From Phoronis australis (Eukaryota; Animalia; Phoronida): a stretch of 64,000 nt of DNA. The stretch lies in contig NMRA01000015.1 of NCBI GenBank assembly GCA_002633005.1, positions 551,239-615,238 on the forward strand, given 5' to 3'. Below, one piece after another: positions 14,401 through 29,400 of this stretch (position 1 is the first letter of the stretch; each line of letters opens with the position of its first letter). The notes below the pieces were generated by a model. That model did no database searches, was not told the DNA's origin, and saw nothing but the letters and a program-made list of their open reading frames with translations. The position numbers were made by a program, and so were the translations under genes.

Positions 14401-17400
14401 TTAGCTAAATATCAAAAATTTTAAGATCATTTTAGTTCACAAATATCCCCCACTTACATCAAACAACAAGTCTTCTTGGGGGCCAAACGATCCAATCTTG
14501 AACGTCATATCATTGGCAATGACAATAATAGACCGACCTTCAGGGAACTCGGGAGTCTTCAAGGTCATCTTCCAAGCAACCATTCCAATCTTGAAAACAT
14601 TTTCATAAATTAAAAAATCACATTTCACATGAGAAACAAATCAGTTGAATTCAAACATCTGCAAAACATGGTTCCAATAAAAGTGTTGCAATCTGTAGCA
14701 AGATTTTTGTGTCTTGGGTTACTTTTTAGTCAATATTTACAAAAGCAGAGATAAACAAAGCAAAAAATTATGGCAAAGCAAGGTGTAAAATTTAAGCTCG
14801 AGTTCAATGACCATGATCTTATAGATAACCTTGGTCACATGACTACATGTCCCATGATCTTACAACAGTTAGTCTTGTTCACATGGTACATGCCTCATTC
14901 TCTCCCTGGATCCTATGTTGTTCACATAGCTTCTCTTGTCCGTCCAACACCAGCTCAACACACTCCCACACGTCATCATGGGTGGTCTCTATGCGATGAC
15001 TTGCATCATGCTCTGACCACAATTTCAGCAGACACTGCAAGTCAAATATTAAACATTTTTCTTTAATTGTTAAAAGGTGATAATTAAGACACTATTTACA
15101 GTATGCGATGGAAACATTCCATTTTTGTTGAAATAAACAGTAACATAACATAACATATTATAAGCATACTAAGTCCACGCATGATAATTCCATACGACAT
15201 CTAAGTTTAAACAGCCACTGAGGGTCATAACGCTTTGATAACCTCTCACCTGTCTAAACATCTCTGGAAAGTCGTAAACATAGGTTGTTCCCATAGTTTG
15301 TGCCTGGAACCTCTTGAGCTGCATATGGTCCTTAGTCACGTATGGCGTACTCAGCAGCAGACCGTGGAGAGGGCCTTGTTTGGCCCCATATGCTTGGAAC
15401 ATCACCTGCAGGGAAATTATGCAAAGTAAACTAATTTTGTAGCTGAACACGACAAAAATAAGGAAAAAAAGCAACATGGTAGCATGTGCAATTTTATTGA
15501 TAATACTGTGTTGCACAACAAGTAGCCAGGATGTAAACAATGACAACACACTACAACTTAAGGAATTTCCACTAAATGAAACTTAATTCAATGTCATTAT
15601 TTGTCAGATCAAGTGTACAGCCATCTAACCCTGTGACTCTGTGTTCACTAACACCAGTAAAAACTCATCATTACTGTCAAAATAGTCATTTTTGACAGGG
15701 TTGTAACACGTAGGTTTGAATGCTCGTGCTTTTTCAAAGTATTGTCAGATGACATAGAACTTGAACACTAATATGGTGCTACTTACCTTTTATGGCAAAA
15801 ACAAGAAAATGAAAATTAATCTATTTCGCCATATCACATCCTAAACTAGCGAAATTTTACCGTACTTGTGTGAAAAACCTAATGAAGTCATGAGGTCACG
15901 TGCCTCGCTCACAATGCATGGCGATATACCGCAGAGACTTGATACACGATCTTACCAGACTCACACGATACAAGCCTTACAGAACCCATACCATTAACTT
16001 GATACATGATCTTACCAAACTCATACCATTGATCCAGAAGTACTGCTTTACATGTGACATTTTATCTGTTTAGTCACAGCTACAACTAAACAATTACCAT
16101 AGCAACGCTAACAATAGCTTCCACCATAACATACAAAGTACGGTCATATTCACTCTACTGGTGATCTAACTACTTACTAAACCCTGAGTTTGCCTGATAT
16201 TAAAAGAACAGACAACACTAACAAAGCCCTATCACAAAAGCTCTAATTTACATTCTAAGTTTAACAGGTATCCGAGACCAATTAAAATTACCTTGAACAC
16301 ATCACAGCCCTGGCAAACAGAGCAAGGCGGATCATTTGAACACAATGATGACATTGTAAAATGAAACAAAAATGCTAAAACACTGACATCATAACCAGAA
16401 TCTGATGGTATATCAATACAGATTTTCTGTTCGTCGACTGGCTGAATATCAACAACTGAGTCGAAAGTTAGAGGATTGGAGGAGCCAGATATTCATCTAC
16501 ACCAAAATCAAGCATTGAACATTCCAGTGTCACACTGACAAGTGATGATTTTCCAAGTCACACCAAAATGAACAATGTGTGACCTCATCACTGCAAAACA
16601 TGCTGAACATTTGCTGGAAGGAACATTTCTGACATAAAGTGCAAACATGCAAATAATAAACATTCATCTACTAAGACCAACAGTCAGTTATATTTTCGAA
16701 AAGTTCCTAAAAGTACATCCACAAAACTACTTCCATTTAGTGTTATAACTTTGTATCAAAATGTTAAGATTTTGAGTTGTTATTTCTTGAATATGTTAAC
16801 AAGTGTCACCCAGACATGACAAGCAGTCGTTGACTGTACACCGCACCATTTATATGAGACAATCAAAGTTTGTGAGACTCATACGATTCATTGAGTTGAA
16901 AGACAAGCTATACTGCAGACGGAGTTAGTGCTCTTCTAATCACACAACGTTTTGGCATGAAAGTGCTTCAGATAATCATGATAATGATAATAATGATAGT
17001 AAACAAAATAAAAATATCAATTCTGTTACTGTGCAAAACAAAGCAATAGTACTGACAGGACAGTAAGGGACTAATTGTACAATAACAACAACAACAACAA
17101 ATTTAACATTTCTTTAATTAATTTTACAGTAACAACATCCACCACCCATACCTGACTAGATCTGGCATCGTTCACTTCTTTATACATGGTGATGTCCAGG
17201 AAGTAGCCACTCTCATTGGTCAGAAACAAGCGGATAGGAATGCGTTCCCCACTAGGGGTCAGCCTGATAGTCATCTTGAGCTCGGCTTGTAACACGCGGA
17301 GTTTCCACAGTCGACTGCCGTAACGCATCACCATACTGCGAACAGTCTCTTCCAGCTGAGCCAGCAAAGAGAGAAAGAATAAGATACAAACTTTTTAAGA

Positions 17401-20400
17401 CACTACCACGAGTTTTCACAAATATGGTGAAGGTTATCAACTGCCTTTTCGTCATACATAATATTGTTTAAACAAAATCTACAATTCAAATTAAGGTCAC
17501 CCTTAGCTATGTCACAGTTAAGATACAAATTGTGAAGAAAACTGGAATTTTTGGAGAGAGAGAATCTAATTGAAAACATTGCGAATCACTGAATGTTTTC
17601 TTCATTTACTCAATTTGAAAGAATCAAATTTTCTAAAATATGGCAAAATCCAATGACATTTTTTTGCATGGCTTGCTCAAAAATCTGAATGAAGACAATA
17701 ACAGAATGTGATGATTTTATAGATATCATTTTTCTTCAAAGGAAAACAATTACGACCCGTATGTCACCAAATAGACATCAACTATTTCATAATTCTCCCC
17801 TTTGACCTCCTGACCCCATCTCAATCCCATCCTGACCTCTGATCAACAGTGACTCACCTTGGCTGGGTCCTCTAGTGTAAGTGTGGGTACAAAGTTGAGA
17901 AAGATGTGATTACAGTCAGTCCTGCGAGCCTGGTGGTGCGTGAAAGCAATCTCTAGCGCATCCATGGCTTCTAGCAAAGTTTTTTCACTCTCGTTATGAA
18001 CATAGTCAAATGATGCCTCCTTGGTGACCAGGTCTGAGTGACGAATGATGATACGCACAAAGAACCGGTAGTCAGTGACCTCTTGATCCTTGGCAGCTTG
18101 CTTTAAAATACAGTAAAATAGTAGTGTAATATCCACATGGGCAGTTCTATGCAAATCTATCCAGCTATTTAAGCTAATGCATCAAATACAGAGTTCTCTG
18201 GTTCAGGACTCAACCAAATGTTTTACAATGCACTACAACTTTGCACTGACAACGGTTTTTTGGACATTGTTAATGAGCTTACAAACTGACCAATCACTTG
18301 CAAGCCAATTGAGAGATGAACATGTAACTTTCCATCAATCTGTCCTCTGAAATACGTACATAACACTTCAAGGTATCCATAACAAACTTCGCATGCCAGA
18401 CAGTGACCATGCAAAGAAAGCACACAGAATGGCTGACTTGTCATCACAGAATATAATGGCTGCCAGTGATCCAAGTTTGCCTTCGAAATAAAATACCAAT
18501 TTGGTAGGCCTTGAATAACAATTGATTGACTTTGAGCACACAGCCAGCTAACTAATGTAAAGTTCAAAAAGACCACTTCGTTACCTTTGCCTTGCCAAGA
18601 TAAAGATGCATTTTGTGGTTGGGCACAGGTATAGCCTCTAACACAAAGTTCCTCATTCTATTCATTTCTAGTTGGAAGGCCAGAGCTGGCTCAAGATGGC
18701 GGTAGATACGATCCTCGTAGAACTGCAAGGACAATAATGAGACGAGTAAAGTCAGATGATAATGCATAAAGACCGGATAAATAACCTGAGAAAGCAATAC
18801 AGTGTGTCGAGCAATAGGGTGCGTCGAGCAATAGGGTGCGTCGAGCAATAGGGTGCGTCGAGCAATAGGGTGCGTCGAGCAATAGGGTGCGTCGAGCAAT
18901 AGGGTGCGTCGAGCAATAGGGTGCGTCGAGCAATAGGGTGCGTCGAGCAATAGGGTGCGTCGAGCAATAGGGTGCGTCGAGCAATAGGGTGCGTCGAGCA
19001 ATAGGGTGCGTCGAGCAATAGGGTGCGTCGAGCAATAGGGTGCGTCGAGCAATAGGGTGCGTCGAGCAATAGGGTGCGTCGAGCAATAGGGTGCGTCGAG
19101 CAATAGGGTGCGTCGAGCAATAGGGTGCGTCGAGCAATAGGGTGCGTCGAGCAATAGGGTGCGTCGAGCAATAGGGTGCGTCGAGCAATAGGGTGCGTCG
19201 AGCAATAGGGTGCGTCGAGCAATAGGGTGCGTCGAGCAATAGGGTGCGTCGAGCAATAGGGTGCGTCGAGCAATAGGGTGCGTCGAGCAATAGGGTGCGN
19301 GTGTCGAGCAATAGGGTGTGTCGAGCAATAGTGTGTCGAGCAATAGTGTGTCGAGCAATACAGTGCGTCGAGCAATATAGTGTAATAGAGTGTGTCAAGC
19401 AATAAAATGTCAAGCAATAAAGTGTGTAAAGCAATAAAGTGTGTAAAGCAATACAGTGTGTCAATCACTGCAATCGTAAAGGGCTGATGATGATGTTAAT
19501 ATTGGATCTTCATCTAAGAGGTCTGATTATTAATCACAAAGTGCATACACACTGGTAATTTCCGTTGATCATAATTCTTAATATAGCACACAACATACTA
19601 TTCGCCATATTCTTAAATTTTTCCACAAAAGTAAAAATTAAGAACATTTCAGTCTATTACAACCATGGATTGCAGTAAATTTCATATTTTTGCTAAATTA
19701 ACATTATTTACAAAAAGTTAATCAGCCTTTGAAAAATGGAACGTCACCAAACATGGAACGTCACCAAACATGGAATGTCACCAAACATGTAACGTCACCA
19801 AACATGGAACGTCACCAAACATGATACATCACTAAACATGGAACGTCACCATACATGGAACAATGGAGAATTACCACATCAAAAAAGTCAAAGTTTAGTA
19901 CACACAGACAAGAAACAAAAAATTATTAAAAATTCCAAAATGTAGGACACTTGGCACTGCTCAACTGATTACACACAGCAGACACTAATAATCAGGCAAA
20001 ATAACTGACTATTCCCATTGCAATGGATGATTATGAATACAAGTCATCATCAGAAGGCATAAGAGTGACGCGTTATGACAAGTCTTTAGATGTCACAAGG
20101 GGAACACAGCACACATAGAGTGATGCATTATGACAAGTTTTTATATGTCACAAGGACAGCACACACAGAGTGATGCGTTATGACAAGTCTTTAGATGTCA
20201 CAAGGAGGACACAGCATTCTGTGGGATGACTGAAATATATTGTAACAACCACTCAGGTAAAGATCTCACCAAGTCTCGGGCTCTGTACGTAAAGTATTTG
20301 GGCCATTCTCGCCTGTACATGCACACGAAAGTCAGACGCCGTATGCCCTTCTCTTTCAAAGTTTCTCTCTGCAAAAACACAGACAAGGCAAGCTATTACA

Positions 20401-23400
20401 GAACACCATTTAACACTAGTTACACACAGAGTCACTGATGATGTCAGACACATGTAGACAAGTCTGGTCAGTTTAACTGAAATAGATCCCTGATGAGTTT
20501 GGCTGGTTCTTTGCTACACCATAATTTTTACGACCAACAGTTCATGGTATAGTCACAAGAAAGTAGAAAGTTATTCCATTTCAGACCAGAAATAGCTGCC
20601 TTACACCTAAGTAGCTTGAACTTTCTAAAATCATAACTGAAGTTATTTTGTGAAGGTGAACAGAAGTACAATTTCACACCACCAGGTGGCAGCATGGTCA
20701 CATGATCAGGCTTGCACATCTTTCATAATTACTTGGTTATGTCAGGAGCATTATGAAAGTCCAATTGCAATTACTTGACTTCAGCACGCAAATTTTTGAA
20801 CGGTTAATTTTAGAGAAACCGGTAATCACAAAACAAATACCAAATCTCGTACCGTGAACTTCAGTAGGTTATCCCAACTCAGTTTATGGGCACCCATTCA
20901 GTTGTGACGCTGTCTTTTACTCATTATAATACCTGCATCAAGGTATTGTATCTTTCTTTTAGTGGTAAAAAATGAAATCATGATATTCCAATATAGGGTA
21001 TGTACCATGACAATCACACCAGACATTCCTGTGCCCAGCTGAATGAAACAGTTCCAAATAGGGACTCAGCCAAGTTCCTTAAATCTTTTATGTATTTACG
21101 CCATTCTTTACTCAAAAATCTCATCTTTTTCTGTCATTTTATCTTAATTATGAGCTCCTCTTTAACTGCTAAAAAATAACTAAAACCTGAGCACTTAGTT
21201 CAATGAAAATGAATAGGGACTTAGTCCTTAAATTAGGGCATTGCATGAAAAGATCTCACTCTCAACTTGTATCAAAGCCAAAAATTGAATTAATGATTAA
21301 CCTAGAACAGCATGAGAAAGGACAATCAGTGTTTTCACAAGCCAACAAATAAAAAGTAGATTTAGGGAACTTAGTCAAGTCCCTATTTGGGTCTCTTTCA
21401 AGCAACAGGGCAATAGTATCTAGGAGTAAACATTTGTGATGCTGCCCTAATCACATGGGGATGCGTTGAAGGAATGCAACAGCTTGGTGAAAAATTCTAC
21501 GGCATTCAGTTTCGGGGTCAGTTTCATGAAAGTGACTTAAAGCTTAAGACAGAAATTTGGCCTTATGCTCCCCCTTTACAATTGGTGAAAAAAGCTTAGC
21601 TAAGTAATTATGAGCGCATCACAGTCTAGAAATAATAATTAGAAATTGTGTCCAAAACTAGTAGTTTTATGTGTTAAGTCTCAGAAACTTTGTATTTTAC
21701 CTCAAATGAGATTTAATTATTTTGCAGAGTGCGGAGGATAAGACCAAATTTCTGACTGAAGTCAAAAGACAGTCACTCTTATTAAAACAGATCCCTGATT
21801 AAGATTTCTTTACCTTAGAATCACAGAAACTTTGGAACATAGCAGCGTGTTCTTCATCATTGTCGTGACTACCAGCAACGTTTATGGCAATATTGGCGAT
21901 GTGAATAGGCTCCTCTGACAAAGGCTATAACAAAAACAGTAACCATGGTAATAAGCTATTTAAGTGAAAATTTAAAGGGACACACAATCTGTGAACTGAC
22001 TTTTACATTTATACAGAGTTCACAAGTAACTTTTTATCAATTGGTAAATATGATATCTGAATCAGTTGACTGAACACTTGTTTAGACTCAGTAATCATGA
22101 GATTATTTACCACTTTAAACATTTGCTGCACGTTTACGTATAACAGTCACATGCCAAATGTAGAAATTACGGCCAATCAAATATGATCACCGTAAGTTAG
22201 AGCTCTCACGGTATTAAGGCAACCCTGTTGGCAGATTTGAGAGCAGATGAGGTAGAACATGTGATCAGACGTCCAATGACCAGAGCATTGATTGGTTGGT
22301 CAGACATTCTAACCAGCAGCCATATGTATAAAAAAATAAAAAATAATTGCAGGCGGTCTGATACACGTTGTACCAGATGTGCGCAGGCCTCTCATGTGGG
22401 CCCATTGCACTGATCACCTGAAAATATTTTATGCTTTATTAATATATGGTTAAAACCGAGCTGAGGAGCTAGAAACCTGTCTCAAGGGTTTAGCAGTGTG
22501 ACCTGGTGGGACTCGAACCCACGACCTCGAGTAAAGAAAGCGGGCACTTATCAACCAGGCCACACTGCCTCCAGCGGCCATACCATTGAGACAGTTTTTC
22601 AGATGACAGATCATTATCTGATCAGATTACAAGATGGTGTTGTAGAAGAGCATTTATGTTTTGCCCGATTTAATACTGAATGGTCTTTGTTTAACAGTAG
22701 TAATGTAGGTACATTTCAAAGGTGACTAATAGTCATTACGAAATTTTAGACCGAGGACAACTACACAATGCTTATTCTAACTACTCTCAACAACCTAATT
22801 AATACACAATTCAACAGGATCTTTTCCAGCCCAGAGACAAGGGAGAGACTCTCACTCCAATAACACTTCTCAGCAAATATAAAGCAATAAACCATTCGAT
22901 AGGGGGAGAATAGTAATTGACATTCCTCAAACTGAACTGGGACGATATGATGTACACAAAAGTACAGGCCAGGACTGGTTAATCACATAACTCCAGATAA
23001 ACTGCCACGAGATGGCTCTGAAGTTATCGGCCAAGGTCCAAAATGTCTGAAAATTGATTTCTTCCAAGCTGTTACTACTTACACGATCATTTTAAATTAT
23101 AAAAACAATCAGAATATGAAACTTGAAACTGTAACCATGACAACTAATAGGCAACTGATAAATGGATGGACAGACAGACAGACAGAGAGTCCCACAACCA
23201 ACTTTGTCTGACGTGTGCTATAAGCAGCGGCACAACACTTGTTGTTTTATTCACCTGGAAGCACAAAAGCATGGCAGAGATGAGATCAAAGCCAGGCAAC
23301 AGGATGTGACTTGTACAAAACACCAGGACATATGAGTAGACTATAAGTATGGCTATCAAACTCACAATAATAAACGTGTAACAAAATAAAGAATTAACAC

Positions 23401-26400
23401 CATGTACACGAGTAAGCCCAGACTAACATCCAACGAGAACCACTCTCAAAACAAACAAAACTAAAACAAAAGATAAAACAACAAAATGGAGGATTATTAA
23501 AATGAGAAGTATTCCTTGGTCAAGACGCAGGGAGAGGTTTTGTGCCATGCAGACTCGCTAGAAGCAGACGAGACTTTTGCCATTCCTTTTTTAATGAAAC
23601 TCAACAATAAATCTTTCCACATTTCAAAATTTGGTGCACTTCTTTTAGAAATGATGTCCCTTAGTCCGACGAGAGAAAACGAATAAGTTTGATATAGGTC
23701 TACACTATCAAAATTATACACGAAATGGAAAAAGCCTTCAGTAGAAAGGCAAAAAAAGAACTTTGAATTTAAACAATTACCAAGTTCTTGACAGGTTCTA
23801 TCCCAAAAGAATGTATGGAAAAGAATGTCTACAACAAAAACATAATTGCCATTAATTGCTAATCACACGTAACTGCTTTTCGACATCACACACTTTAAAC
23901 TGATTATGACTATTCTAGTGCCCATATTCAAAACAAAACAGTAAATTTGAAAGTACGTAAATTAAGACAGACTTCGACAGAACTTTGCCAAACTTGGATA
24001 ACCATTTTGCCAGAATTATTTGGCAGTTGAGTTGAACTTTTGCAGCAATAACTGTTTTTGCCAAACTTTCGCGGGAGTGTAATGTGATGCACTTGTGCCC
24101 AGTGAAATGTGATGTACTTGCGCCTAGCCACTAAATGTGACGTTCTTGCGCCTAGCCGCTAAATGTGATGTACTTGCGCCTAGCCGCTAAATGTTATGTT
24201 CTTGCGCCTAGCCGCTAAATGTGATGTACTTTAGTCTAGCCGCTAAATGTGATATACTTGCACCTAGCTGCTAAATGTGATGTTCTTGCGCCTAGCCGCT
24301 AAATGTGATGTTCTTGCGCCTAGCCGCTAAATGTGATGTACTTGCGCCTAGCCGCTAAATGTGATGTACTTTAGTCTAGCCGCTAAATGTGATATACTTG
24401 CACCTAGCTGCTAAATGTGATGTACTTGCCGCTAATTCTTCATTAAATGCAGCTGCATGTGGATGCAGCAATAACTAAGTAATTTTGTTGGCATTTAGCC
24501 AAAATTGAAATGGATTCCAGTAGAAAATAAATGGATACTGAGTCACAGTTTTATGCGTAAAAACAATCGCACGATGCAACAGCACCCTCTCTGATTCTGC
24601 AGTATTTACCCACAATGCTGTGCCCACTGCTGCCACATTAACCACTATTTTACTACGATTAGTAATAGCCATTTGTCATTCTAATGCCAGTAAAGTTTCA
24701 TTCGTCTACTGCAGAGCAAGTTGCAATGCAGACAAAAAAATTTTTGAAGATCTGAGTTAAGTGAGACAATTTGTTGTTCACTTGTGCAAATTGGCTTTCC
24801 TAAGTTTTGTAAATTAGGTCAACCATATGTGTTTTTATACCTCACAAGAAGAGAGTTGAATCCGGGATGTGGGAATTGTAAGACAATAATAACAGAAGTA
24901 TTTCGACATGCAGTGACATCCCTACATAAGCTATAAATTTGGAATGACGAGATGATAAGCGAAACACTCAGAAACTGTAAAAAAGCACATGACCGTACAT
25001 TTGAAAAATTATCAAGCACACCAAAATTGAAATTTTCGAAATCACCAATTCCAGTAGCAATTGAATGTTTGGGGATGAAGCCAGGAAGGCTCTGTGCTCA
25101 GAAATTTCCAGTTAACAGCCCTTCTCCAGTAACTTGTGTATCAGTATCAGAACTCTACTCTCAAAATCCTACTATGGCACCAAGAACTAGTACTATGATC
25201 TAAGATACAATTTTGGCAATTTAAGGCATAATTTGGACCACAAGACAATTTTCGTTTTCCCATTTTTTCATAAAAGACAAATCAATGCTGTTCCATGTTC
25301 ATAGACCCCACCAGACCATGTGGCTACCCAAAACTTTATGTTGGCAACTCTTGAAAAATTAAAAAGGACAAATTTGGCAACTATTTTTGTCCAAAATTGT
25401 TGAGATTTTACCGCAGCTGTGTTTAATATCCCACAACAAGCAGATGCGAGTTACTATTCCACAAATCATGTGATCAATCTTACCTTATCTTGCATTACTC
25501 CAAAACTAGATGTGGTCAAGCTGGTATCTAGACACGCTTGGTCGGTCAGTGTGAAACGGTCCATGATCAAATCAAAGTACCTGAAACAAAACATTTGTTT
25601 GTCAAATCAAAGAATAATTATTTATTTTAAGCAATTGACATGTCCCCCACCTAAATGCAAGTTTGCAAAACAATTTTACTATCAAATATTGCTCCTAGGG
25701 GAAAAATAGGCACCGTTATTTATTATTAGTAAGTATTCTATCAAATAAGGCAGAGCCCAATATGAGAGTGTGCAGATTAGTGAGTAATGAGTAATGGACC
25801 AGGGCTCGACATTAACTTTTATCTTAACTTGTCCAGTCGGAAGAGTAGAAATGAAATTTACTTGTCCTGACCTATAAGACACTAGTCCAAAGGTAATTAA
25901 ACTCAAATTGTACTTTCCAAACATATGTGACTGTCGCACATTACACCTGTCTGCACAAGCTCAATAAACGTGTGTAGTATTTGGATTTCACCAGTGAACA
26001 CGCTACTAGTTTAGCCTGGCTTTTCAATTCAGTTAATATATGTTTTTCATAAGCTGCTGAGTGAGCCGTCGACCATTTGTGACTTTCCAAAGTGTTGATC
26101 CTGAACACATCTGACCCAGACGCAAGGGATAAACTGTTTTCGTCAGCGCATTTTATTTGTAGTCGCTATCGTACCAAAACCAGTCAAACAGTCAAGCTCC
26201 TCCTTCCATTTCGGAAGGAATTCCTGTTTTTGTTTATTGGTTTCATACTGTTGCTTGGTGGTTTCACGCCCTTTGGTTTGGTTACCAGTTGCAAGATAAG
26301 AACTCCTTGACTTGAAAGCATACGCTAACTAAGTATCTATTTTGATATTGCAACTGAAGCCACCGGCGCAGATGACAGTTTCCACACATGTCATGACAGT

Positions 26401-29400
26401 CGAATGTCGTTAAGTTTTATTAACACGTGCTAGCGAGTTTTCGCGACTACACGTGAGTCTTACATGTAAATCAAAAATTGTAACGATCAAGTGTCAAAAT
26501 GTGTTGACGAGCAAATGATTGAAATTTGACTTTCCGTACTCGTCCGCGTTACCGCCCAGGGTGCTTAAACTGGGAATCTAAAAAACAGTGCGTGTGCGGT
26601 AAGCCAAGCATGGGCGGTCAAAGTCGAAAATTTTTCAAAGAGTTGTTGCTTACTGCACAGAGGACCGATTTTACCCTGACGGAGCTACACTGACGTCAGA
26701 CTTCAAGCATATCAGTTAAAATATAAGTTGGGGGATTGAAGTACCGGTCTTCGACGGCCTGCGCAAACGATACAGTGGCGTCGTGATCCTGAGTGTGATT
26801 GGGTGTTTACGTACCTAAAGTATTCCTACAGGCAGTCGTGTGTTCTGTAGGGCAAGTTTCTTGAGAATAAAGACAGATTAAACAAGATTACGCGAAATAC
26901 TGCCGTGTATTTAAATTGAGAACACGTCACTTTGGCTAGAACTATTCGAATGCAAGTGCCTCGGATCGTGTCCAATCATGAGATCCTGCATAATCAAAAC
27001 AACACCTTGGCGATTTGCGCTACATCTTACCGACACTGATGACTAAAAAATGAGTAATCACTGCTACGAAGGAGTTCTGATCATTCAGATTTACTATAGT
27101 TTCCAAAAATTCACTTAGTTGTCCTCTCGGACAAGTTGCTCGGCCGTGAGCTTGTCCGGACCAACAAATTGGTTGTCCCGGGCAGTCGGACTACAGTTAA
27201 TGTCGAGCCCTGGTAATGGACAAGCACACAAAATCTACAAAATAGCAGAATTTGTCACGATCGTGATCCATGGAAAGCACTGTTTCCACAGAATGGTATA
27301 TTTCGCCACTAGAACTATTAGGGTATATTTCGCCACTATAACTATTAGTGTGTGGACCTCACTTGTAATCAGTCCGAGTCACACAGAAGTAATACTAATA
27401 TGTAAATGTTTAAAACATGCTGTGTGTAAAGAGATCGCAATAAGTCACACTTCACTTGAGATAAATTTGACAAATGCTGAAAGTCACTAACAATTTAAGA
27501 ACTTTCCCTTTCATTGTGATTTACATAGTCGTCCTATGTCTAACTAGAACCTCACAATTAGTATTCCTCTGTCTAACTAGAACATCAAAATAGTAGTCCT
27601 CTGTCTAACTAAAACATCACAATAGTGGTCCTCTGTCTAACTAAAACATCACAATAGTGGTCCTCTGTCTAACTAAAACATCACAATTAGTAGTCCTCTG
27701 TCTAACTAGAACATCACAATAGTGGTCCTCTGTCTAACTAGAACATCACAATTAGTAGTCCTCTGTCTAACTAGAACATCACAATAGTGGTCCTCTGTCT
27801 AACTAGAACATCACAATTAGTAGTCCTCTGTCTAACTAGAACATCACAATAGTGGTCCTCTGTCTAACTAGAACATCACAATTAGTAGTCCTCTGTCTAA
27901 CTAGAACATCACAATAGTGGTCCTCTGTCTAACTAGAACATCACAATTAGTAGTCCTCTGTCTAACTAGAACATCACAATAGTGGTCCTCTGTCTAACTA
28001 GAACATCACAATTAGTAGTCCTCTGTCTAACTAGAACATCACAATAGTGGTCCTCTGTCTAACTAGAACATCACAATTAGTAGTCCTCTGTCTAACTAGA
28101 ACATCACAATAGTGGTCCTCTGTCTAACTAGAACATCACAATTAGTAGTCCTCTGTCTAACTAGAACATCACAATAGTGGTCCTCTGTCTAACTAGAACA
28201 TCACAATTAGTAGTCCTCTGTCTAACTAGAACATCACAATAGTGGTCCTCTGTCTAACTAGAACATCACAATTAGTAGTCCTCTGTCTAACTAGAACATC
28301 ACAATAGTGGTCCTCTGTCTAACTAGAACATCACAATTAGTAGTCCTCTGTCTAACTAGAACATCACAATAGTGGTCCTCTGTCTAACTAGAACATCACA
28401 ATTAGTAGTCCTCTGTCTAACTAGAACATCACAATAGTGGTCCTCTGTCTAACTAGAACATCACAATTAGTAGTCCTCTGTCTAACTAGAACATCACAAT
28501 AGTGGTCCTCTGTCTAACTAGAACATCACAATTAGTAGTCCTCTGTCTAACTAGAACATCACNACATATCTTATCTATACAAGAGAAGGGCAGTCAAAAG
28601 CGAAAGTCTTGCTTTTCTACCAGTAACTATGAGCATTGAGTACGAACGTCAGAATTGTGAACACCTAATAAACATGTGAGTATTGTGAGCTATGCTCCTG
28701 TCACAATGAAACAGCTTCATTGTCACAAAAGAGCACTCATATTTGAACAGTGTACCAGATAAACATTGTCAGAATGGAGACAGTGTGCTGCATGTGAGTT
28801 GAAGATCACTCACTGCAACAAATTGTGAGCGTCTTGCTTATCTGAGCACTCGTCAAAGACATGATGGTGATTGACGGAAAGGTTAATAATTAAGACCCTA
28901 GAAAACTGTCCAAGTTTGGATTATGCGGAACATCTTAGTTATCTCAGACTGGGTTCAAATGAAACTTTCAGAAACTATGCTTCACGCACTGTTCTTCAAA
29001 ATGCAAACGGGAATTGTTTTTAAAATACTCTGATTTTGCATGAAAGGCTATCAAATGACTTTAAATTTACGATTTTCACAAAAAATATAAAAACGAAATT
29101 AAAATGGCAATGAAATGATGATCTAGAAAACTGTAAGAGCATTTTTGAACATTTTGTAAATATTTCACATAATACAGACATGTCGATAAGGTCCTACATA
29201 AGTGCGATTGCACAAATTTGAGCTGGGCACATTTCCAGCATGGGCATTTGATAGTGAACATTGAGAAAACTAAGCAACAGGAGTTGGAATAAAATAGGCA
29301 GCCAATTGTCAAGGAAACAAAACAGGGGCGTTAACTGGGATAATCCACATAACATGCGATTGTCTGCTGCCTAGAGCAGACAACCCAAAGAACAATAGCA

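Noticed and set aside
18564-19468. Three long minus-strand ORFs (238-264 aa) and a CRISPR-like periodic look
   Set aside because: A stop-free 17-bp minisatellite with no spacers; only 18585-18722 is real coding sequence.
19485-19526. TGATGA...CTGA snoRNA-like boxes
   Set aside because: Too short, antisense to the host gene and lacking a terminal stem.
22495-22571. tRNA-like A and B boxes
   Set aside because: Head of a SINE shared with a second copy; no convincing cloverleaf.
23497-23721. ORF containing [10 protein letters not shown], loosely like ACC1 GMTHVASVS
   Set aside because: Out of collinear order, with no compatible splice sites.
27526-28562. 32/33-bp repeats of CRISPR-like length
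   Set aside because: Units are head-to-tail with no unique spacers or cas genes, inside a eukaryotic intron.
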